The notes beneath the pieces were generated by a model. It saw nothing but the letters and a program-made list of their open reading frames with translations. It ran no database searches and was not told where the DNA came from. A DNA stretch of 64,000 nt. Origin: Octopus sinensis. Its lineage: Eukaryota. Both the position numbers and the translations under genes were made by a program. The stretch spans positions 51,212,001 to 51,276,000 of the forward strand of contig NC_042997.1 of the NCBI RefSeq assembly GCF_006345805.1, read 5' to 3'. Positions 51,401 through 61,719 of the stretch are shown here, piece after piece; within the stretch, counting starts at the first letter, position 1, and each line of letters opens with the position of its first letter.

Positions 51401-51790
51401 CTACTTTACTTCGATTCACCCTCGATTCACTTTCCCTGGCAGCACTACAGCATGTGACCAGAGGTAGGACTTGATTATTTGTCCATCTTGGATGCGTAAA
51501 CCCTTCTCTCCCATTTGTTTTCTCATCTTCAGCTCGGATATCAGGTTTCTCCAACGGATTCTCTCTCTCAGTGAGTATTCCTCGTGAAAACCCATATTGG
51601 GGTCCTCCCAGGCATGCTTTTGAGCTCTGTTCAGAAAGGTTGAAGCCTCCTGATTGTAAGAAAAGATTACATTTATTGGACATGGTCTAGTGTCTGAGGT
51701 TGAGTTCACTTGGAATCTTCCTAGCCGAGTGACCTTATGGATACTGACATTTTCGTTGACAGAGAACAATTCTCCAACTAAAACGGAAAC
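48499..51790 (-). mobile_element. Young 5'-truncated CR1-type LINE (ORF1 C-terminus, APE-RT ORF2, 3' tandem tail)
   Basis: IAITETWL, LILGDFNAP, LDLV and SDH endonuclease motifs. RT motifs LLDFAKAFDSV, GVPQGSVLGPLLF and LLFADDVKL. AATAAA followed by a (TTGAA)3 tail. GC/CpG-rich with a few stops and frameshifts. Confidence 0.95.
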
Positions 51791-51849
51791 AAAATTTATG
51801 TCATCTTTTAGGCGGTTTATGCCTGTATCACCGGTGGAAGGTATGTTGT

Positions 51850-52440
51850 AGAGATGGTTAATGGAACTAAACCAAACTACACAAAATACTAAACTTAGAA
51901 ATACAGCTAACCTTACCTCTATAAATAATATTCAATCAATACAAGAAGATGAAACTTCTGTAAAACATGACAAGAAACCTAGATGTTATGGTAGACATAG
52001 AACCAAATATAGTAATAACAAAAAAAAAACACTCAAGAAATACTATGCAAATTCCAAAATCAGTATATAACTAAAATAAATTACCTAGTAGAAGTGGAAA
52101 TAAGGAAGTTATTTGGTACACTCCCCCATTTTCAATAAATGTTAAAGGATTAGCAAAAAAATGTCTAAACATAGTCAAAAATAGCTTTCCTAAATCATCA
52201 TAAGTATCACCATATATTTAATTGATCAACAATGAAAATATCTTTTCCTACATTGCTGAATATAGGATCCATTATCGCCGGCTCTAATAGATGAAAACTT
52301 AATAATTATAAACATAGTTTAAGAAAAAATAACTACAACAATATTACTAGTAATGAAATATACAATAGTCCTAGAACACCAAATAATACTCAACATAATA
52401 CTTGTTCAATAGATAACATTATACGAATACATAGCAATAC
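51850..52440 (+). mobile_element. Decayed Penelope-like element fragment
   Basis: KVIWYTPPFSINVK..AKKCLNIV..SFPK pattern, typical of the region before the GIY-YIG domain. Confidence 0.55.
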
Positions 52441-52485
52441 TATAACAGTAACAAAATATCAGCAAAATTCCATACATAATCATAC

Positions 52486-55060
52486 ATCTCCATCAATGTT
52501 GTTTTTAGGCAGGACGTTTCACTACTTTTGGGATGTTGGTTGAGTCGATTTGCAACCTTCATCCATCGTCTCAAGAAAATCTTCCTCTCTCTTGGAATCT
52601 TGTTCCTAATTGTATTGGCCTTGTGCTCTGGGACATATTTCTGGCATATGGCTTGCACAACAGACATGAAACATTCTAGTTTCATACCAATGTCTGGTGT
52701 GGAGAGACATTTTGGCCAGTCCTCACTGAAGATCACTTTTTGGATCATTTTCCAGTCTGCTTTGTGGAAGTTCAGATTGGAGAGATTTTGGGTGCTTCCT
52801 TTAGGCTGTATGTCTCTGGTTACTTTCAGCCAAACATAGCTCGATAATGTTGTGATCTGAGACTAATGTCAGCGTCACTTTCACATCATGAATGATGTTC
52901 ATATTGTTTGTGAAGCAGAGATCCAGAATGTTATTTGCCCTAGTTGGTCTGAGTACAGCTTGCTCCATGAATAGGGCATTGGTGAGGTTAAGCAGGGACT
53001 CCACCTGCTCTTGCTTGCAATGAGTCATTCCTGAGAGTATGAGACCTTCGGGCCATTTGACGTTGGGGGAGGTTGAAATCGCCCATAAGAAATATGGTCA
53101 CGTGGTGTTCCAGATTCATGAGGATTTCTTTAATTCTTGTGAGGCAATCTTCAAACTTGCCTATATGGTTTGGAGCATCTGGTGGGCAATATGTATTGCA
53201 TATGACTATATTGTGTTGTCTTATGTATACAATTAGTTTGTCACATACTGAATTTGAGTATGACAGTAAGATCTGGGGTGTGAGGTCATCAGGGATGTAT
53301 GCAGCAACCCCTCCATAGCTCCTTTCCCTTCAGTATGGCATAGTTTGGTACGTGTACTTCTGCATCCTCTACATCAGGGTTGAGGTGAGTTTCCACGAGT
53401 GCTATGCATAGGGCTTGATTGCATGCATTAAGATCTCTCAGGAAAGAAATTTTGCTTTTATTATGATGCAACAGGCTCCTAATATTTAGTAAAAGTATTG
53501 GGGTGACGACTGTGTAGGCATTAGGGGAGGCCATCCCGTGTCTGTTGACTGTAGTGGTCTTGCATAGTGATGGGCAAGGTTCTTTGTTTGTGCTTGGTGT
53601 AGCCAAGTCAGCTGCTGTACAATCCTTTGTGCCATGCACAAAAAAGATTCTTGCTCAACTGCTGCATTGCACATAACATCTGAAGAGCACACTTCTTTTG
53701 TAAATTTTTTCCTTGGAGACATTTGTTGTCTTTCCTCAGTGAAGTTTTTCTCTTTAAGGCCCCTGTAGTTCTGGCGGAGTGTCAGGTGAGCAAACCGACA
53801 GTTTTTGCCACCCCCCCCCCATGCCAACATTTGCCTTGCTGGTAAAATTTGCAGGTTCTTGAGTGCCTTCCAAATTTCTTCTTTCCTGTAGGGTTTTTGA
53901 TGGCATTGGATCCTCCATGGGATTTTCTGTTGTTTGTTTGGTGGGTTGGGGTTTCGGTTTTGGTTGTATTATTTTTGCCTTTTCCTTTTTCTTCCTTTCC
54001 TTCTTTATTTTTGTTTTCTGTCCTTTCTTTTCTTGTGGTGGGAACTTTTTTCTTCTGGTTTTTTATTGGGGTGAGGGCTCCATTCCTTTGTAGGACCACT
54101 GGCGCAGGGGGGATTCTAGTTACTGCTTCCTTGGCTCCCCTATCCTTTTCTGCTTGGTCGTTCACCGGGGCTGGTGATCCATTCTTTTGAGGAACCTCTG
54201 GATCACAGAGACTTCCAGGTTTTGTTTACTTTTCATCTTCTCCATCCTTATTGGCCTTGCCACAATAGTTTTCGATTATGCCATCCAAGGTGTCAATATG
54301 TGGTCTTATATGCTCTATCTGGTCAATGGTTCTGTGAAAACCATTCTTCTTCAGTGCAGCAGTGATGATGTTGTTTGACGGGTTGCCACTAGCAATCATC
54401 CATGCTCGCAGCAGTAGATTTAATTCCTTCTTCTCCCACGTAGGTGCCATCTTCGTTTTTAAGCCCTGAATGGGAGTAGAGGTAATAGATAGAGGGAGGA
54501 AGAAACACAGAGGGAGGAAATAGTGAAAGAGAGAGGAAAATATGAAGGAAAGAGATAGGTTGATATGGGGAAGGCAAGGGGGTGAGGTGTGTTAGAGAGA
54601 CAGATGAAGGAAGAGGAAGGGGAGAGAAAGAGAGACAGGGTGAGGGAGAGGAGGGGAATAGAAAGAGAGACAGAGTGAACGAGAGGAGGGGAAGAGAAAG
54701 AGAGATACAGTGAAGGAGAGGAGGGAAAGAGAAAGAAAGACAGAGGGAGTGAGAGAAAGGGAGAACCGGAGTGAGAAGAAGGGGTAAATGAGAAGTATAT
54801 GAGGGAGAGGGTGAGGTGACAGGAGGAGAGGTAGATGTTGTGAGATACAAAGGAAAGGAAAGAGAAGTGAGAAAAGAGGGGGATTTGAAAGGGAGGGAGA
54901 GAGATGAGAAAAAGAGTAAGATATGCAAGAGAGAGGGAAAGAGTAGGCGTAAAGAGAGATAAAGGGAGAAATATATGTAAGGGAGAAGAGAGGAAGAGTA
55001 TATATGAAAGACAGTGAGAGCAGGTAATGAAGATGTATAGGAAAACGGAAAACAATATAT
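52486..55060 (-). mobile_element. LINE family B (CR1/L2-like), 5' half: CT-rich 5' region, Cys/His-rich ORF1 and endonuclease; 3'-truncated
   Basis: ORF1 from 54450 with CKFYQQGKCWH..CRFAH. Endonuclease motifs LLLNIRSL, IALVETHL, GDFNLP, PTRANNILDL and SDHN. Confidence 0.88.
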
Positions 55061-55776
55061 AATTCTAAATATGATTTATAATTCTAAATGATTTTAAAGA
55101 GATAAAGTTAAAAAAGGAACGATAGTTCAAAGAAAGGGGTTTCGTGATTTCTAGTTTTCAAATAGATTGAAAGCGAAGTGGACGCTGTAATAGAAATTGA
55201 AAGAAAATTATAGTAAGAATTCTCAGAGAGTAAACAAAGATGAAGTCGTAACTCAAATGTTACCTTAAGTTAAAAGAAAATAAACAATTGAAAAGGATAC
55301 TTATTCGCAAAAGGTAAAATTCCAAATCCTTGTTCTTGTATGAAATTTTCTTTCAAAATAACAATTCTTTTTGCTTCTTACATTCATCTGGAAATAAAAT
55401 TATGACTTGCAACCACGTGCTTTTTCAACAAAAACTCTAGCTTGTGTAACTGATTTTAATGTGTTATATTCAGCTTGTAGTGAAATATATTACATTATCT
55501 AATTAATATATTATAGTGGGCTGTTATGAAAAAACAAGTTCTATGTTTTTGTCAGTTTTAGCAGATTTTTTCGTCGATTTATGCAACCACTTTTTGGTTG
55601 TTTCAGGAGAATGAAAAACATGTCTTTCTTCAACGAAGAATATATATGTGTATATATATAAATATGTATATATATGTATATATATATACATATTTATATA
55701 TATAAAACTATGTATATAAATAGCTATATATATATGTGTGTATAAATATCTATATATATATATATGTATATAAATA

Positions 55777-57916
55777 TTTTTTTTTAGTTTCAGCTCAGAG
55801 CTGCGACCATGCTGATGCACCACCGTTTTGCTATGCTGTCATTACTAAGAGCCTCCTCTAATATGTGGCAGTTGGTGAAGAATGGAGTTTGATATAACTA
55901 CCATCATTTGCACCTCTTGCTGTGAGATAGGTTCATCTGAGACTCTCGACAGGAAGAGGTCCAGCTTTGATTCAAAAACCCCTACATCTACTTTGTGCAA
56001 GTTCATAAGACTTGTTTGGAGAATATTAAAAAGTTGTGGGCCTTGAAACCCAGGCTGTTGCAGTAACTGGTCCTGAAGTATGATGGGGTTGCTGGGATCT
56101 TTGGCACTATGCTGTGTCATCCCATTCTGGCATTGTGTAGCTTTCAATGCCAAAATTTGGCACAATTCCTTCCAGGATCTTCCAGATATATATCACTGCA
56201 TACCTCTCCCATCTTCTCTTCAGGGAGTAGAATCGTAGCAATTTCAACCTTTCCCGGTAGCTGAGCAGTTGCAAAGAGACAATCTTCTTTGTGAATCTTC
56301 TCTGGGTTGCTTCAAATTCCGCTGTTAATTTCACACTGGTGGGTGACCATAGCTCTGAGCAGTAATCCAGGTGGCTGAGGATGAATGTCCACCAGAGGAC
56401 CATCATGGTTTCCTTATCTCTTATTCTGAATATTCTTAGGATCCATCCAGTCAGTAGTCTGCACTTTGTCACCATCCTGGTAATGTGCATGTGGAAACAG
56501 GTATCATCACTCATGTCGATACCTAGGTCCCTCACTGACATAGGCTCTGGGATTGAAATTCCCTGTGGACCGGTGTACCCTGTAAGTTTCATATTCAGTT
56601 TTGGATGGTGGTAGTGCAGGGCTTGGAAGTTTTCAGCATTAAACTGCATATTATTATCTTCAGCCCATCTGTAAATTGAGTCCAACTCCTGCTGCAGGTG
56701 TGCAACATCGCTGGGGTTCTGTATCTTCTGTGAGACTTTCGTATCATCTACATAGCTTGCAAGGGTGGCTATCCAGGCATTTGAGGGCATATCTGAGAGG
56801 GCCACTATAAAAAGCAGTGGTCCCAAGACATTGCCCTGTGGAACACTGCTCACTATTTTGTGTTCATAGAGGTGGCTCCATTAGCAACTACTACCTGACT
56901 CCTATCTTTCAGGAAGTCATGTAACCACTCTCCAAGTTTTCCAGCTATGCCAAAGTCACACAGTTTGTGGCATACCATACCATGATCCACCTTGTCAAAA
57001 GCTTTTGCAAAATCAAGGTATATTACGTCCACATTTGAGTTGTTGAGTAACTGCCTCAACACCCAGTCATAATGTTGTAAGAGCTGGGTTAGGCAGCTCC
57101 TACCTGGTTGAAAACCATGCTGGGTATCACTCAGCAAGTTATTTTCTTTAAGGAATGCAATTAGTTTCCTTCTGACTATATGTTCCATGACTTTGCTGAT
57201 GTGTGAAGTCAGAGAGATAGGCGTATAGTTTTTGGCATCTGCTCTACTTCCCCCTTTATGTATTGGGCATATTATTCCCTTCTTCAGCTTGCTTGGCAGT
57301 TTGCCATTTGTAAGAAAGCTCTGGAAGAGAATCTTGAGGGGTTTTGCCAGGGCATGTTTACATGCTTTGAGGAGGATGGCTGGGAAACCGTCTGGACCAG
57401 CAGTTGAGTTTGTGTCCACTTCATCTGTGGCTAGAAGTACATCTTCTTCGCTAATGTCAATATATTCCATTGTAACTGCCTCGCTGGTTATAGGTGAAAC
57501 AGCAAAGAAGTTCACTGGTTCGTTCTAATGGAGTGGTAAAGACACTTTTGAACTGGTCATTGAGTATCTCACTGATCTTAGTTGGACTGTCTTTTTGGAG
57601 GAGGGGTCCTGTCTTGTAGTGTACTGAGGATGTTTCTTTCACATAATGAAATAAGGCCTTTGGGTTTGACTTAATGTTTTTTATAACCCAGGCTTCCTTG
57701 TCTGCATTCTCCCTCAAATAGGATTCTTGCAGCCTTTTTTCGATCTCTATCAGTGTTTTTTTTAGCCGGGACGTTTCGCTACTTTTGGGATGTTGGTTAA
57801 GTCGATTTGCAACCTTCGTCCGTTGTCTCGTGAGGATCTTCTGCTCCCTTGGAATCTTGATCCTATTTGTTATGGCCTTGTGCTCTGGGACATATTTCTG
57901 CTATATGACTTGCAGA
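55777..57916 (-). mobile_element. LINE family B, 3' half: RT domain, 3' UTR and A-tail; 5'-truncated
   Basis: YLDFAKAFDKVDH, VPQGNVLGPLLF, YVDDTKV and SHLDYCSELWSP; T-run at 55777-55785. Confidence 0.92.
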
Positions 57917-57961
57917 GGAACCTACCTCACGGCAAGAGGTGCAAATAAGGGTAGCTATATC

Positions 57962-58048
57962 AAACTCCATTCTTCACCAAGTGCCACATATTAGAGGAGG
58001 CTCTTAGTAATAACAGTGTAGCAAAATGGCAGTGCATCAGCATAGCAG
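57962..58048 (+). mobile_element. LINE family B 3'-terminal fragment in opposite orientation
   Basis: ctccattcttcaccaagtgccacatattagaggaggctcttagtaat is the reverse complement of about 55800-55885. Confidence 0.8.
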
Positions 58049-58125
58049 TGTATATATATTTATATGTATATGTAAATACGTATATACATATTTATATATA
58101 TATATGTATATGCATATGTATATGC

Positions 58126-59575
58126 ACCTTTACCCTTGCAGCAGTTGTTTATGGTGCTGCTACACCAGTCATTGAGTATGACTCCATCATGAACTACCTG
58201 GTTTACAATGCGGGTGACTAGGCCATAGCCCACACCACGAGATGTTTTAGGCATCTCAGCAGTGATTCCTGATGGGCCAGGGGCTTTTCCTAGCATCATA
58301 CCCTTAGTTGCTTTATCTACTAGGGATCTATCTACATGGATAGCTGGTCCTTCTCCTGGGTCAACATTTGGCAGGCTCTCCTCCGCCCATTCATTCTCCA
58401 CATTCAGCAGTCTTTCATAATGGCTTCTCCAAGTCTCTTTCTTTTCAGAATCATTAAAAGTAAGTGCACCATCATCCACGCGGACACATTTCTCTCCTGT
58501 GACATCACAATTTTGTCTTACACACTGTCTTGCAATCTGAAATACCTCAGTTCTTTGGTCCTCACGTCACTGGACATTGGCAAACTACTTTTCCGTTATG
58601 TATACCTGCCGCCCAGCCTCCCTTTTGGCTACCTAGTACAGTTCCCTACTACCCCCACTCTTCCAGGCTTTCCAGGCCTGTTTCTTTGCTCTAATGGTTT
58701 TGTCTACTGTACTATTCCACCACCATGTAACTCTAGGTCTGAAAGAGACTTTGCACCATCCGCAGACTTGGTCTGTGGCACTCAGCAAGCTGTGCCGTAG
58801 GAATTTCCAGTTATCTTCTTTGTCCTATTTCTGTAGCTCCTCCTTCCTCTCATCAAATTTTTTGATGAGGATGTCCCTAAATCTCTGACCATGTAAAGGG
58901 TTCTTTAGCTTCCAAATCCTTCTTTTTTGGATTGGTCTGCTTCTTGGTATCCTTCTGGCCTCGAGCCTAAAGTCACTAATGACTAGCCTATGCTGGGGTC
59001 ACACTCTTCACCCGGGAGGGTCTTTGTATTTAAGAGCAACCCTGCATCCCACTGTCTGGTGAGGATGAAATCAATCTGGCTAGCAGAGTCCACTGATTGA
59101 TAGGTTATAAGATGGCTGTCTGGCTTCTTGAGTTAGTGTTGCAGATTGAAAGGTTACATGCATCACAGAACTCCAGTAGCCTAGTTCCCTCATCGTTCCG
59201 GGTGCCAATACCATGGCCCCTGTATACTCCAGTGAAGATGCCAGATTTTCGCCCAACATGCCCATTAAATCTCCAGCCACAAAGATGAGGTCATTGCCAC
59301 TTATCTTTGAGTATCCTATAGAAGGTTATCATAAAAGTGGTCCTTCTGATCATTTGGTAGCCCCACATGTGGGGGCGTAGGCAGAGATAATTGTAGCTGT
59401 GCTGTTCTGCAGGACTAGCCTGAGCTTAAGCACTCTATCGCATAACCTAACAACCTCTATGACCTTATCCACCAATTTCTCCGCAAGGAGGGAGGTTGTT
59501 GTGTGTTTGTTTTTTAGGCATGCTTCATCTGTTCTCTCTTCCGACCTGACAACATTCAAGCATTGAAGCATGTTA
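58126..59575 (-). mobile_element. RTE LINE 5' part (APE endonuclease and linker), truncated at KGKG
   Basis: TIISAYAPTCG, AGDL.GHVG, KAPGPSGITAEM and NDWCSSTINNCCKGKG. Confidence 0.9.
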
Positions 59576-59581
59576 AGATTG

Positions 59582-59619
<38 letters not shown>

Positions 59620-59892
59620 TTATATATATTTTTGTTATTTTTCATTTGTCTTGCTCGCTTACGTTTCTGGTGTGCTAAATTTTCTGGAGAACAATTCTTA
59701 ATGGTTGAGACCATAGCGGATCTTCTTCTAGCATAAGGGTTTCCACATAGTGGTTAAAAAATTCACTCTTATATTTATGTATGAAACACTATATACTGAA
59801 TCTCAATTTTTTTTATATGCTAGATCACTGGTGTTAAAATTGATGTTATCAAATTAATATCCAATTTTTGACCCTCATTTTGATTTTATATA

Positions 59893-59904
59893 TTTGTTTA
59901 TATG

Positions 59905-59935
<31 letters not shown>

Positions 59936-60199
59936 GTATATATATATATTATATATATGTATATATATGTATATATATGTATATATATGTATATATATAT
60001 ATATATGTATCTATATATATATATATGTATATGTATATATATATATATGTATATGTATGTATATGTATGTATGTATATGTATATATATGTATATGTATAT
60101 ATATGTATATGTATATGTATGTATATGTATATATATGTATATGTATATGTATATATATGTATATATATGTGTATGTATGTATGTATATACATGCATATG

Positions 60200-60250
<51 letters not shown>
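59893..60250. repeat. Long (TA)/(TATG)/(TATATG) microsatellite, about 360 bp
   Basis: Read directly from sequence. Confidence 0.97.
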
Positions 60251-60409
60251 ACGAAAGAAGGTTTGAAAATGCAATTTAAAACATTTATGTACTTTACCGG
60301 TTTCACTCTTTGGAAAAAGATTGTCAAAAGTAACATGTAGAAGTTTGGTTGCATTAATTATTGGTTGTTACAAATTGCTACATTACATATATACAGTCTT
60401 TGGTAACAG

Positions 60410-60770
60410 GGACATGTTAAGGACATAAAAAAGTTCAACAAGTTCCTTAAAATATTGGGCACAAAAGATTACTACATAAATAATTGTTCTCAAGGACATG
60501 CTTAAGATAGTTTCCAGAAGGAATTGATATTGGTATTGGTGTTGTATCTGTATATTCAAACATGCACAGAATATTGGTTGATACAGAGTACTACAATCCA
60601 TATAAATATACATTCTTTGGTGACAAGAGCATGTTGAGAATATAAAAAAGTTTAACAAACTCATTGGAATAATGGGCACAAAAGATTACAACAAATATAT
60701 TATACATTCTCAAGATAATTTCCAGAAGGAATTATTAAAAAAGTTCAGTATACACGTACAGAATATTATG
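60410..60770. repeat. Diverged tandem duplication, period about 215 bp
   Basis: aaaaaagtt.aacaa..tgggcacaaaagattac..ttccagaaggaatt..cagaatatt occurs twice. Confidence 0.7.
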
Positions 60771-61160
60771 AGTTCAAAAAGATTTACATTATAATAGTAG
60801 TGAAGCTAAAACTGACCTGTCCGCTGTGGAAAAAAGGCAGATTTTCTCTGCCTGTACCCATGTTCCTATTTAATACAATTCTACAAAATAGAATTTCTTC
60901 AATTAGAATTTACCTATGATTTTTTGAAGTAGATTCGATTCGGTCATGGCATATAAATTTCTTTCAATTTGACCCCCAATTAAGCAAAAATTTGAAAAAA
61001 CTCAATATTTTACGATTTCCCTCTCTCACTTCAAAGGCTTTACTCCGCCTATTACCACACTTTCTCTTTACACACATAGACATGCAAACATATACATTTA
61101 TGACAGTGTCAATTGTTGAAAGAAAATTGTAAGCTAAGAAGGTGTGTGTGTGTGCGTGCA

Positions 61161-61193
<33 letters not shown>

Positions 61194-61315
61194 TGGAAGT
61201 GAAGGATAAAAATATGGCAAGAAGTGGACAGATGTACATATATACATACATACATCCATACATACATAGATGTGTGTGTGTGTGTGTATGTATGTGTATT
61301 AATGTGTGTGTGTTA

Positions 61316-61704
61316 TCTCTCTCTATATAAAGCTGAAGTTGTCTGTGTGCGCCAGGTTTGGTAGCCTTCAACTAACACTATCTTCTCCGAGACCCTGCGA
61401 CACAAGTTGACCAAAATTGAGAGTATGATAGAAGAGTTGCTCTTCCTTCCGTAGAAGATAAAATTCAAATCGGACCATGTTAACACCAAAAATTATTTAC
61501 ATCAAAAAGGTGCTTTTTTTCTATGAAAATTCCTATTTTTTACGATTTTATCACTGCTGTGTCGCCACTTTTCGGTGTATTTCAACCAGAAAAATGTTCA
61601 CTTGAAGAGAATAACAAGCTACATAATGCAAAACTTTTACTTTTCAAAAATTCCAATTCCAGCGGGTCGAAACAAACCCGAGCAACGCCGGGCGATACTG
61701 CTAG
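61316..61704 (+). mobile_element. Non-autonomous Helitron (second)
   Basis: A|TCTCTCTCTATATAAA start and ACCCGAGCAACGCCGGGC..CTAG|T end. Confidence 0.85.
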
Positions 61705-61719
61705 TATATATATATATAT

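Noticed and set aside
54389-55055. 179- and 198-aa Ser/Leu/Pro/Phe-rich ORFs
   Set aside because: Low-complexity CT-rich 5' region of LINE B; no protein signature.
52486-57916. Single LINE B element circularly permuted
   Set aside because: The 172-bp overlap is about 14% divergent, indicating two separate copies.
59868-60354. Several 87-159 aa Tyr/Ile/Cys-rich ORFs (also 2465-2761, 30512-30773, 60964-61371)
   Set aside because: They are translations of TA/TG microsatellites, which lack stop codons in some frames.
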